From contig JAYUSF010000086.1 of the NCBI GenBank assembly GCA_043755815.1, forward strand, positions 1-56,852: a DNA stretch of 56,852 nucleotides, read 5' to 3'. The translations under genes and the position numbers were made by a program. The notes under the pieces were generated by a model. The model was not told the DNA's origin, ran no database searches, and worked only from the letters and a program-made list of their open reading frames with translations. Below are positions 27,914 to 37,306 of this stretch, piece by piece; the first letter of the stretch is position 1, and every line of letters begins with the position of its first letter. The stretch comes from Verrucomicrobiota bacterium (lineage in GTDB: Bacteria; Verrucomicrobiota; Verrucomicrobiia; Limisphaerales; UBA9464).

Positions 27914-29374
27914 ATGAAATCCGCGCACCGGACGCCGCCGGCGTATCGCTGGCTCGATGACGCCTCGGGCTGGCTGACGATGTTCCTCGTCGTCTGGGCC
28001 CCGTGGGCGTTTGGGTGCACCGATGGCTGGTCGATCCGGCCGCTGATCGCCGGCTGCAACGTCCTCGGAGCCCTGTGGCTCGCCAAGGCGTTCCTCCGCT
28101 GGCGGCTCGGCTACATCCCCGAACGCTGGGTCCACCCCACGCCGGCCGGACGCTGGGCGCTCCGTGCGCTCGCGGTTTTGAGCCTCCTGTTCCTGGCCTG
28201 GGCGTTCATCGGCGCGGCCAATGGCCGGGGTTACCTCGAGATCACCCCCCTTGGACCGATTCTGCACGAATATCCGCGGGAACCCATCGCCTGGCTGCCT
28301 TCGAGCCACGACGCACTCATGTCCTGGCGGGCGGCGTGGCGCTGGACCGCCTACTGCCTCGCGTTCTGGTCAGTCCGTGACTGGCTCATCGGGAAATCAC
28401 GCCGGGAACGGCATGAGGCCGGCGACCACCCCTTCCCCACCGACCGGATCCGGAAGCTGCTCTGGACGCTGGCCATCAGCAGCTCCCTGCTGGCCCTGAC
28501 CGGCATCCTGCAACGGCTCGATGGCACCACCAAACTGCTCTGGCTCCTCCAGCCGGCGCTGAACGACAGGACGGAAACCCAGTTTGGCTCCTACGCCTAC
28601 CGGGGCAATGCGGCGCAGTATTTCAACCTGGTCTGGCCGGCGGTCCTGGGTTTCTGGTGGGCCCTGCACGCTCAGGCAAAGGCGCTCAACCCGCGGTCGA
28701 AAGTGGGCAATGAACCTTCGGTCTTGCTGCTGCCGGCCGTGGTGCTGCTGATGGCGGTCCCCATCGTCGCCACGACCCGGGGCGGCGCCCTCGTCCTGGT
28801 GGGACTGGCCGGTGCCTTGGTGGTCGTCGCCGGCATTCAACGCGGCGTGTCGCGGCGTCTGCGGCTGGCCTTGGGAACGACGCTGGTGGTGGCCTTGGCC
28901 CTGGGTTGGCTGCTCGGGGGCGAGGCTCAGAAGAAGCGCTTCACCACGATCTTTGACGACCAGATGAGCGGGCGGACGGAAATCTACAGGACCGCGCACC
29001 ACATGGCGCGCGAATTTGGCCTGCTCGGCAGCGGCGCGGAATCATTCACCGGCCTCAATTACCTGTATCGGGAGAAGCTGGAGGAACGTTGGCAGGGATA
29101 CGCGCACGACGACTGGCTCGAGACGTATGTCACGTTGGGGGGGGTGGGACTGGCGCTGGCCATCCTGCTGCTGCTCGCCCTGACGGTTGGCAGCCTGACT
29201 TCGGCCGGGGTCCGGGTTCCGCCCTTCTTCCCGCTCACCGTCGGCCTCGGCATGGCCGGAATACTCATCCACGCGAAACTTGATTTTCCGTTTCAGGTGG
29301 AATCGTTGCGCTTCACCTTCCTCGTCATGGCCGCCCTGCTGCTGGCCAGCCCATGCCGCCGTTCCCATGGCTAG
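27914..29374 (+). CDS. O-antigen ligase-like (Wzy_C) membrane protein
   Basis: Many TM helices; FGSY.Y.N, T.TRGG, GR..IY, G.GA.SF, AHDDWLE motifs. Confidence 0.85.
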   Translation: MKSAHRTPPAYRWLDDASGWLTMFLVVWAPWAFGCTDGWSIRPLIAGCNVLGALWLAKAFLRWRLGYIPERWVHPTPAGRWALRALAVLSLLFLAWAFIGAANGRGYLEITPLGPILHEYPREPIAWLPSSHDALMSWRAAWRWTAYCLAFWSVRDWLIGKSRRERHEAGDHPFPTDRIRKLLWTLAISSSLLALTGILQRLDGTTKLLWLLQPALNDRTETQFGSYAYRGNAAQYFNLVWPAVLGFWWALHAQAKALNPRSKVGNEPSVLLLPAVVLLMAVPIVATTRGGALVLVGLAGALVVVAGIQRGVSRRLRLALGTTLVVALALGWLLGGEAQKKRFTTIFDDQMSGRTEIYRTAHHMAREFGLLGSGAESFTGLNYLYREKLEERWQGYAHDDWLETYVTLGGVGLALAILLLLALTVGSLTSAGVRVPPFFPLTVGLGMAGILIHAKLDFPFQVESLRFTFLVMAALLLASPCRRSHG

Positions 29375-31685
29375 CAGCCCGTTCAAAAAGGGTTTCGTTG
29401 GCGGGAGCCGACGACAGGAGGCTCTGCCTTGCGGCGGAAAATGGGGACTCGTTACCTCGTCTCTGCCGGAAGCAGGGCTTTTTGAACGGGCGGCCAGGTG
29501 CCGGGTCCGCCGTTCCCGGTTGTGGAGGTCGCGGTGGCAGCGCCCTTGGTCAGGCGCCGAGTTCATCCGGTTCACCCTGTTGTCGCTGTTCCTGGCCTGC
29601 GGGCCGGCCTGGTCCTCGGCCTCCGAATTTGGGGTCTATTGGGGCACGCGCGATCCGGTCCCGGGGACCGATCCGCTCCGCACGGCCTTGGCGGACGCCG
29701 GCGCCGAATGGACGCGGGGTGATCGCGGGACCGCCCGGCTGACCCCCAAGGCTTCGCTGGTCTGGTGGCCGGGAGCCGCCTACGTCCGGAATTCCACGGG
29801 CGGGGGCCCGGGCCAGTTCCACCTCCTCCCCGACCTCTGGTCCGTTTTCTGGGCGGCTCGAACCAACAGTCCCGGCGGGCTCCAAACGGTCGCGGCGATC
29901 GAGGTCGGCAATGAGCCGGACCTGTCTTTCACTCCGGATCTTCCCGACCGCATGGCCGCCACGCTGAAGGCGGCCTGGTGGGGACTGAAAGGCGCGCATC
30001 CGGATCTCGCCGTCCTGATGCCCAGTCTCGCCGCCGCACCTGGCCCCTATGCCCGCCAGTTGGTGGACAACCGGATCATCCCGTTCACCGAAGGCTGGAA
30101 CTTCCACTTCTACGGCTGGGCACAGGATTTCGGCGCCAGCGTGGCGAGTCACCGGGATTTTGCCCGCCGCCACGGGGGCGGGCACCTGCCGCTCTGGATC
30201 ACCGAATACGGCTACGCGGATTTTCCCGGCAATCCGGGTCCGGCGGAGGACTTTTATCTGGCCCAACAACGGGCCTTTTTCGAAAGCACCACGATGGAGG
30301 CGACGGCGCTGGGGGCCGCCCGGCTGATGGCGTTTACCCTTTCGCCGCACCTGGAGGGCGGAAGTTTGGACATGGGCCTGACCGCTGCGGACGGATCGCC
30401 GCGCCCGGCCTTCACCGCGTGGCTCGAGTTGGCGCGTCGCCTGCGCGTCGCCCAACCGTTGTATCGTCTGCGGCAGGTCGGGTTCGACCAGACGGTGGGC
30501 TGGGTCTGGCAGATGCCGGCGACACCCGGGCGGGCGGAGAGCTGGTGGACGATGCTGCAATCTCCGCATCGGCAAGGGGGGTTTGAACTGCCGAGGTTGC
30601 CGGGGCGGGCAGAAACCGCCCAGCCCGACCCGTTGCTGCCCGCCACGTTCTTCGAATTTCAACTCCAGTTTGCCGAAGGAGGCGCTCCCAGAGCCGTGGG
30701 GTTGATCGGGGAATACGGTTCCTGGCCTGAGTCCATCCTGCACTTCAGCGCCAGCACCACCACCAACCTGCACCTGCTGACCCCGCCCGGCCGGTTTGAC
30801 GTGGCCGGCTGTCGTTGGGAACCCCTGGCCGCGCCCAGGCCCGGCCGCCTCCGACCCGCGGCGGTTCCCAGCCCGGTGGTGGCGACATTGACGCCGCTCG
30901 GGCCCGAATTCTCGGTCGACAAGCGGGCGGTGGCCTATCGCCATGAGCCGGGCAGTGCGTTGACCTTCGAAGTCCGCCTCCACAATTTCAGCGCGGCTCC
31001 GGCGGCCGGACGATGGCGCCTCTCGCTGCCGCCCGGGTGGCGTCCGGCCCGCTCGGATCAGACGGATGGACGCGTGCGGATCGCGGCCTTCCACGATTAC
31101 TGGACGGCGGTGACCCTTCGTCCCCCAGCCGGTAATCCGCCTGGACCGGAGCGCATCCGGCTGCACTGGCAGGGGGGCGCGGGAGTGACCGACCAGGCGG
31201 AAATCCAGCTTCGGCCGCGGGCGGCCGATTCCCGGGCGGGCGTCCCGCTGGACGCCCGCTGGCAGCCCGCGGCGGCGGAGACAGGATGGATCGAAGAGCC
31301 AACGGAGGGAAACCAAAGGTTCAGTTCGGGACGAACCCGGGGCACCGGCAGCGAAAGCCTCGTCGTGTGCCTGCCTGAAGGCGCCCTCCGTTCCCCGGAT
31401 GTCATCCTGCGGTTTGGCCTGCGCCTTTCGCCGGGCCCGGCATCGCTTCGGCGCCGGGTGGAGCTCGTCACGGCGCAGCGGGAAGTGTTCCGCTGGGGTG
31501 AAGACGACCTGCTGGACGACCGCTGGCAGTTCATCGAAGCGCGGGTCGGCGATTTCACGCCGGGAATCTGGAGCCATGTCGGGCCGGGTGACGCGACTGC
31601 TGCCCGCTATTTGCGGGTGTCGCCGATGCGGCTGCCGGCCGGTGCCGCCGTGGAATTGACGCCCGTCACGTTGATCCGGCCCTGA
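29367..31685 (+). CDS. Secreted clan GH-A glycoside hydrolase-like protein with C-terminal beta-sandwich domains (start uncertain)
   Basis: IEVGNEPD (acid/base), NFHFY and LWITEYG (nucleophile) motifs. Confidence 0.7.
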   Translation: MASSPFKKGFVGGSRRQEALPCGGKWGLVTSSLPEAGLFERAARCRVRRSRLWRSRWQRPWSGAEFIRFTLLSLFLACGPAWSSASEFGVYWGTRDPVPGTDPLRTALADAGAEWTRGDRGTARLTPKASLVWWPGAAYVRNSTGGGPGQFHLLPDLWSVFWAARTNSPGGLQTVAAIEVGNEPDLSFTPDLPDRMAATLKAAWWGLKGAHPDLAVLMPSLAAAPGPYARQLVDNRIIPFTEGWNFHFYGWAQDFGASVASHRDFARRHGGGHLPLWITEYGYADFPGNPGPAEDFYLAQQRAFFESTTMEATALGAARLMAFTLSPHLEGGSLDMGLTAADGSPRPAFTAWLELARRLRVAQPLYRLRQVGFDQTVGWVWQMPATPGRAESWWTMLQSPHRQGGFELPRLPGRAETAQPDPLLPATFFEFQLQFAEGGAPRAVGLIGEYGSWPESILHFSASTTTNLHLLTPPGRFDVAGCRWEPLAAPRPGRLRPAAVPSPVVATLTPLGPEFSVDKRAVAYRHEPGSALTFEVRLHNFSAAPAAGRWRLSLPPGWRPARSDQTDGRVRIAAFHDYWTAVTLRPPAGNPPGPERIRLHWQGGAGVTDQAEIQLRPRAADSRAGVPLDARWQPAAAETGWIEEPTEGNQRFSSGRTRGTGSESLVVCLPEGALRSPDVILRFGLRLSPGPASLRRRVELVTAQREVFRWGEDDLLDDRWQFIEARVGDFTPGIWSHVGPGDATAARYLRVSPMRLPAGAAVELTPVTLIRP

Positions 31686-31690
31686 GGGTT

Positions 31691-32141
31691 GGAGCGGGGA
31701 GCGGGGAGCGGGGAGCGGGGAGCAGGGGGCCGGGGGCCGGGGGCGGGGAGCAGCTGGCAGAACTCCCAGAGGCAGTTTCAGCAGTGTTTTTCCCGGGGAA
31801 CCGCCTTCCGCCCGTCCGGAAGATCCTGCCCAAGCCTTTGTGTCCTTCGTTCCCTTGTGGTTCAGGTTTCCGGGCCGATCGCTCCCTGCTCCCTTCGCCC
31901 TTCATCCGATGAGGGGAGAAGGTGGCCGCAGGCCGGATGAGGGGTGAGGCACATTGTGCCGCCATCAGGAACCCCTCACCCCTGCCCTCTCCCCTCCTCC
32001 GAGGAAGGGAGAGGGAGCAGCGGGCGGAGACCCGGGCAAGCCTTTGTGCCCTTCGTCCCTTCGTCCCTTCGTTGTTCGTTGTTCGTTGTTCGCCTCCCGC
32101 TTCGCTCCCCGCTCCCTGCTCCCTGCTCCCTGCTGCTCCGC
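31691..32141. repeat. Mosaic repeat block 1
   Basis: (GGAGCRG)n tract, GGCAGAACTCCCAGAGGCAGTTTCAGCAG, CAAGCCTTTGTGYCCTTCGT module, REP doublet, inverted (CYGCTCC)n tract. Confidence 0.85.
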
Positions 32142-33662
32142 TCAGTAGGCGTTTTTCCGGCTCACAAAGGTCTGGAACATGATCTGGAAGTCCAGCATCA
32201 GGCTCCAGTTCTCGAGGTAGTAGAGGTCATAGCGCACGCGCTCGGTCAGGTCGGTGTCGCCCCGCAGGCCGTTGATCTGGGCCCAGCCGGTGATGCCGGG
32301 CTTGCTCATCAGGCGCGCGTTGTAGTGGGGGATCTCGTGGCTGAGCTTCTCCGAATGAAACGTCCGTTCCGGCCGCGGGCCCACCAGGCTCATGTCCCCG
32401 ACCAGCACGTTCCAAAACTGGGCCACCTCGTCGATGTTCCAGCGGCGGATGAACGCGCCGACGCGCAGCAGCCGGGGATCATCCCGCAGGGTGGACTGGC
32501 TGAGGTGATCCGTCTGGTCGGAACCCAGCCGCATGCTCCGCAGCTTCAGCATTTTGAACCGGCGTCCGCCGCGGCCCACCCGTTCCTGGCTGAAGAGGAT
32601 GGTTCCGGGCGATTCCAGCAGGATCAGCGTCCCCACCACGGCAATGATGGGTGCGGAGAGCGTCAGCCCTACCAGGGCGCCCAGCAGATCCACCAGGCGC
32701 TTGAGCAGCCGGTTGCTGAACCGCTCGAGGGGCAGCTCCGCCACGCCGAGGATCGGCACCGCGCTGATCGTCTCCAATTGCAATCCCGAGACCAGGATCT
32801 GGAAGTAGGACGGAATGACCTTGAACTGCACCAGCGCCCGGTCGCACAGGTTGGTCAGCGCCACGATTGCGTCCGAACTGCCCTCCAGGTCGGCCAGGAT
32901 CACCATGTCGATCTCGTGTTCCCGCAGCGTTTCCGCCAGCTCATCCCGGCGGCCGAGACACTGGATTTCGGTGCCGAGGGGACGGGCAAACTCACCGGTC
33001 AAGGAAGGCACGCAGCCCACGATGTCGTAGGGGTGCGACGTGTCCGCGTGAATGGCGGCGGCCAGCCGCGCCGACTCCTCGTTCCAGCCCACGAACAGCA
33101 CCCGCTGACGGAGGCTCGGGGCGATGAAATCCAACTGCAGGATCCGGTGAAAGACCGCGCGCCAGGCCAGCACCGCGGCCACCGTCGCCACGGACGAGGC
33201 CAGCACGTAGATGCGCGAAATCGGCGGGTTGAACTTCAGCACGAGACTGAGGCTTAGGTAGGCCAGCAGCCAGAAAATGGACCCGCGGACGACGATCGCG
33301 ACGACCCGCCGAAACCGCAGCAGGTTGCGCGTGCGGTAGAGCCGCAACTGGCCAAACGTGACGAGCAGCAGGAGGGCACCCACCCCGATCAGGCCGGCAT
33401 ATTCCGGCAGGCCCCGTTCGCCGAAACTGCCGCCGGTCGTCCACCAACTCTCTTTGAAGGGGATCAGGCCCGACTTGAACCGCAGCCAGAACCCAAACAG
33501 CAGTCCGGCGAGGATCATCACGAAATCGCCGACAAAGGCGGTCGCCGTCAACGTGTCCAACTGGATGCTGCGATGGCGAACGACCGCGGGCGGGCTGGGG
33601 ACTCCCGTAGGTCCCGGCCGGGGCGGCTCCAAATGCGGGTGGCTCTCCAAAGACGAAGACAT
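32142..33662 (-). CDS. Priming polyprenyl-phosphate sugar phosphotransferase (WcaJ-like)
   Basis: N-terminal TMs; KRLVD, SPG..LFSQERVG, KLRSM, DDPR, DE.AQFWNVL.GDMSLVGPRPE, KPGITGWAQING, DLYYLENWS. Confidence 0.93.
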   Translation of the reverse strand: MSSSLESHPHLEPPRPGPTGVPSPPAVVRHRSIQLDTLTATAFVGDFVMILAGLLFGFWLRFKSGLIPFKESWWTTGGSFGERGLPEYAGLIGVGALLLLVTFGQLRLYRTRNLLRFRRVVAIVVRGSIFWLLAYLSLSLVLKFNPPISRIYVLASSVATVAAVLAWRAVFHRILQLDFIAPSLRQRVLFVGWNEESARLAAAIHADTSHPYDIVGCVPSLTGEFARPLGTEIQCLGRRDELAETLREHEIDMVILADLEGSSDAIVALTNLCDRALVQFKVIPSYFQILVSGLQLETISAVPILGVAELPLERFSNRLLKRLVDLLGALVGLTLSAPIIAVVGTLILLESPGTILFSQERVGRGGRRFKMLKLRSMRLGSDQTDHLSQSTLRDDPRLLRVGAFIRRWNIDEVAQFWNVLVGDMSLVGPRPERTFHSEKLSHEIPHYNARLMSKPGITGWAQINGLRGDTDLTERVRYDLYYLENWSLMLDFQIMFQTFVSRKNAY

Positions 33663-33749
33663 CTTCCTTTGATAACGGCGAGGGCACCCTAGCCGGAAGG
33701 CGCCCACTGGCCAAGCGGCAACAAAGCGGAACTCAGAACCGGAAGCGAC

Positions 33750-34380
33750 GAGCGGGGAGCGGGGAGCGGGGAGCGGGGAGCGGGGAGCAGGGGAGCAGGG
33801 GAGCAGGGAGCTACGAGCCGGGAGCAGGGGGCAGAACTCCCAGAGGCAGTTTCAGCAGCTTTTTCCTGGGGAACCACCCTCCGCGGGTCCGGAAGACCCG
33901 GGCAAGCCTTTGTGTCCTTCGTGCCTTCGTGGTTCGTCTCTCTCCGGGCCGGTCGCTACCGCTTCCCGCCTCGCTCCCTTCGCCCTTCATCCGATGAGGG
34001 GAGAAGGTGGCCGCAGGCCGGATGAGGGGTGGGGCACATTGTGCCGCCCCTTCAGGGCTTGCCCGGTCTGGTCCAATGCCCCCCAGGGCGATGCCCTGGG
34101 CTGGGTTGTCCCGCTCCTTCGGGGCTTTGATTTCGGAGTTGAAACCGAAGACAGGGTTACGGCCCACCACCCAGCCCCCCAGCCATTGCGCCACGGTGCT
34201 CAGGTGCGACCCGGGCAAGCCTTTGTGTCCTTCGTCCCTTTGTGGTTCGTCTCTCTCCGTCCCGCTCCCTTGCTCCCAGCTCTTGCCTCTTGCCTCTTGG
34301 CTCTTGGCTCCCGGCTCCCGCTTCCCGCTTCGCTCCCTGCTCCTTGCTCCCAGCTCTTGGCTCCTTGCTCCTTGCTCCCT
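33750..34380. repeat. Mosaic repeat block 2
   Basis: First about 300 bp repeat block 1 in direct orientation; adds CCCAGGGCGATGCCCTGGG-type hairpins and a pyrimidine-rich heptamer tract. Confidence 0.85.
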
Positions 34381-34521
34381 GAACCTTCCTCCCAACTCAG
34401 CCTTCCCGGTGGCATCTGACGCGGCTACGGTTCCGGGCATGACGGTTGCCGAATGCCTGAAACGATGTCGCGTCCTGCCACGGGCGACGCTGCACGGTTC
34501 TTCCGTCCATCCGCTAGAGCC

Positions 34522-34773
34522 ATGAAGACGATCCAGCTCGCCCTGCCTGAAGTTCTTCTGTTGGACCCGCTCCAAACCCTCGCCGGGGTCGAGCGGCGCA
34601 GCCAGTTCCTCCTCGCGTTGAAGTATTTCGAGCTGGGCGAACTGAGCTCCGGTCAGGCGGCCCGGATGTGTGGCCTTGGCCGCCCGGCCTTCCTCCTCGA
34701 AGCCGGGCGCCTCGGCGTGGCTGTCGCCGAACTTTCTCCCGAAGAATTCGACGCCGAGTTCGCCCATGTCTGA
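34522..34773 (+). CDS. UPF0175 family putative antitoxin
   Basis: LALKYFELGELSSGQAARMCGLGR..FL motif; overlaps the downstream PIN gene. Confidence 0.85.
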   Translation: MKTIQLALPEVLLLDPLQTLAGVERRSQFLLALKYFELGELSSGQAARMCGLGRPAFLLEAGRLGVAVAELSPEEFDAEFAHV

Positions 34774-35263
34774 CTTCTTCAGCCAGCCCATCGTCTCGAA
34801 CACCGGGCCGCTATTGGGGCTGTCGCGTATTGGTCAGATGGGCTTGGTGGCCCGCCTGTTCCCACAGGTGATCCTTCCGCGGGAAGTGGTGAATGAGCTG
34901 TTCCTGATACCCCAGGGCGACGCGGAGGAGCTCCGGCAGCAGCTCACTCACTTCACCCTGACCACGGCCTCCGTCCCGGCTGATCCCCTGTTGCAGGCCC
35001 AGCTTGACCCGGGAGAAGCGGCTGTCATCGCGCTGGCGTTGGAACGTGGACTTCTCCCGGTTCTGATGGATGAGCGCAAGGGCCGTCGGGTTGCGTCCCT
35101 GATCTACCGGCTGCCTCTGATCGGCACGGGTGGCCTGCTCGTGGCCGCGAAGCAGCGTGGCTTGATCGGCGCCGTCCGGCCCATGCTCGAAGGCATGCAG
35201 GCCGGTGGTTATCACCTTGGTCCCGCGTTGGTCGCCGAATGCCTGCGCCGGGCTGGCGAATGA
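34766..35263 (+). CDS. DUF3368 PIN-domain putative toxin
   Basis: VSNTGPL, P.EV.NEL, LD.GEAA.IALA, LMDERKGRR.A, GT.GLL..AK. Confidence 0.88.
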   Translation: MSDFFSQPIVSNTGPLLGLSRIGQMGLVARLFPQVILPREVVNELFLIPQGDAEELRQQLTHFTLTTASVPADPLLQAQLDPGEAAVIALALERGLLPVLMDERKGRRVASLIYRLPLIGTGGLLVAAKQRGLIGAVRPMLEGMQAGGYHLGPALVAECLRRAGE

Positions 35264-35340
35264 CTTTCCCGTTCGTCCGCGTCGAAGGCGCGATCTTCAC
35301 CGGGGATCGGTTCGCCACGGTCGAGCGCGACGACCTCGCC
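35260..35340 (+). pseudogene. Possible 5' remnant of a larger gene, truncated by repeats
   Basis: ATGA-coupled to the toxin stop; MTFPFVRVEGAIFTGDRFATVERDDL with coding-like codons, then runs into repeat DNA. Confidence 0.35.
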
Positions 35341-36250
35341 CAGCCCCCCAGCCACTGGGTCACGGTGTTCAGCTGCAAACCGGGCAAGCCTTTGTGCCCT
35401 TCGTCCCTTCGTTGTTCGTCTCTCTCCGGGCCGGTCGTTACCGCTTCCCGCCTCGCTCCCTTCTCCCTTCGTCCGAGGAGGGGAGAAGGTGGCCGCAGGC
35501 CGGATGAGGGGTGGGCTCAACGCCGCCGCCATCAGGAACCCCTCACCCCTGCCCTCTCCCCTCCTCCGAGGAAGGGAGAGGGAGCAGCGAGCAGCGGGCG
35601 GAGACCCGGGCAAGCCTTTGTGCCCTTCGTCCCTTCGTGGTTCAGCTCTCTCCGGGCCGGTCTCAATCGCGACCCCAGCAAAGAAAAACCCTGCGGAATC
35701 TTGAGTGGATTCGCGCAGGGCTGCTGACTCGTCGCCGGAGGCGGAGGGATGTAGAACGACAATTACCCTTCCCCCCCCGACGCCAACTGACTCCACCCGG
35801 CGAAGGAAAAGCGCCGTCATGCCGGCGCACTCCCAAAAAGCCACGGCACCCGACCTCGCCCAGCCCCCCAGCCATTGCGCCACGGTGTTCAACTGCGGCC
35901 CGGGCAAGCCTTTTTCCCTTCGTCCCTTCGTGGTTCAGCTCTCTCCGGGCCGTTCCCTACCGCCTCCCGCTTCCCGCTTCGCTCCCTTCTTCCTTCATTC
36001 GATGAGGGGAGAAGGTGGCTACGGGCCGGATGAGGGGTGGGCTCAACGCCGCCGCCCAGCCCCCCGCCAAAATCACTCCAAAAGCCGCTTAACCCCCTTG
36101 CCAACCAACACCGTTGCTCTCCCCTCCTCCGAGGAAGGGAGAGGGAGCAGCGAGCGGAGACCCGGGCAAGCCTTTTTCCCTTCGTCCCTTCGTTGTTCGC
36201 CTCTCCCCGCTCCCTGCTCCCGGCTCCCGGCTCCCGGGGCTCCCCGCTTC
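35332..36250. repeat. Mosaic repeat block 3
   Basis: Four CCGGGCAAGCCTTT modules, two REP doublets, two CAGCCCCCCAGCCA modules, a GCGCCG..CGGCGCACTCC hairpin and a terminal GGCTCCC tract. Confidence 0.85.
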
Positions 36251-36255
36251 TCGGC

Positions 36256-37260
36256 TTAATGGAAGCTCTGGCGCCGCTCGCCCTTCTGCCGCGCGACCAT
36301 CTCGTCATAGATCCACCGGTAGGTCTTCTCCATGCCCACGCGCAGCTTTGTGTCCGGCTCCCAGCCAAACGCCTTTTGGATCAGCGTGTTGTCGGAGTTG
36401 CGGCCGTTCACTCCCTTGGGGGCGTCCAGCTTGTAGCGCCGCTCCAGCTTGATGCCGGCGATGTCCTCGACGATGTCCACGAGCTGGTTGATCGTCACCA
36501 GTTCACTCGACCCGATGTTGATCGGCTCCACGAAATCGCCGTGGGTGAGCATCTGGGTGCCCTTCAGGCAGTCGTCGATATACATGAACGACCGCGTCTG
36601 CTTCCCGTCGCCCCAGATCTCGAGCTCATGCTTCCCGCTGAGTTTGGCCTGGATGACCTTGCGGCAGGTCGCCGCCGGCGCCTTCTCCCGGCCCCCGTCG
36701 TAGGTGCCCAACGGCCCGTAGACGTTGTGATAACGCGCCACGCGGGTCTCGACCCCGAAATCCTCGCGAAAATGCCGGCACATGCGCTCGCTGAAGAGCT
36801 TCTCCCAGCCGTAGCCGTCCTCCGGCAGGGCGGGATAGGCGTCCTCTTCCTTGAGTGCGGTGACGTTCGCGTCCCTCTGCTTGTCGCCGTTGTAGACGCA
36901 GGCGCTGGAGGCGTAGAAGAACCGCTGGATGCCGAGGTCTTTGGCCGCCATGAGCAGATGAGTGTTGATGAGCACGCTGAGCATGCACAGCCCCTTGTTG
37001 AGCTCGATGAAACCCATGCCGCCCATGTCGGCGGCGTGATTGTAAACGGTATGGGCGCCCTGCAGCGCGGTGTAACAGGCGGGCTTGTCCTCGAGATCGA
37101 GCACCAGGTTCTCCACGTCGGGAAACCGCTGATACCAGTGCGACTGCGGTTTGCAGTCCACCGACCGGATGCGGCTGAAACCCTGCCGCCGCAGGTCGGC
37201 AATCAGGTGGCCGCCAATGAAGCCACCACCACCACACACCACTACGAGGTCATTTTTCAC
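36256..37260 (-). CDS. GDP-mannose 3,5-epimerase-like NAD-dependent epimerase
   Basis: GGGGFIG, ADMGGMGFI, SSACVY, YGWEK, REKAPAA.CRK, GV.GRNSDN. Confidence 0.85.
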   Translation of the reverse strand: MKNDLVVVCGGGGFIGGHLIADLRRQGFSRIRSVDCKPQSHWYQRFPDVENLVLDLEDKPACYTALQGAHTVYNHAADMGGMGFIELNKGLCMLSVLINTHLLMAAKDLGIQRFFYASSACVYNGDKQRDANVTALKEEDAYPALPEDGYGWEKLFSERMCRHFREDFGVETRVARYHNVYGPLGTYDGGREKAPAATCRKVIQAKLSGKHELEIWGDGKQTRSFMYIDDCLKGTQMLTHGDFVEPINIGSSELVTINQLVDIVEDIAGIKLERRYKLDAPKGVNGRNSDNTLIQKAFGWEPDTKLRVGMEKTYRWIYDEMVARQKGERRQSFH

Positions 37261-37306
37261 GGATTCAAAGCCTTTAAAAAGTTTCCGGGCAGCCGGCCCG
37301 GGAAGG

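Noticed and set aside
29137..29144. G8 run in the ligase-like gene as a phase-variable tract
   Set aside because: Short, late in the gene and unremarkable for Gly codons at this GC content.
29550..31577. 675-aa minus-strand ORF
   Set aside because: Antisense shadow of the GH-A hydrolase gene.
31691..36250. Mosaic repeats as a CRISPR array
   Set aside because: Unit spacing is irregular, the intervening segments are themselves repeats rather than unique spacers, and no cas genes are present.
33689..36452. ORFs inside the repeat blocks (e.g. 33910-34419, 35212-35907, 35705-36259)
   Set aside because: They are low-complexity translations of repeat modules with no coding signal.
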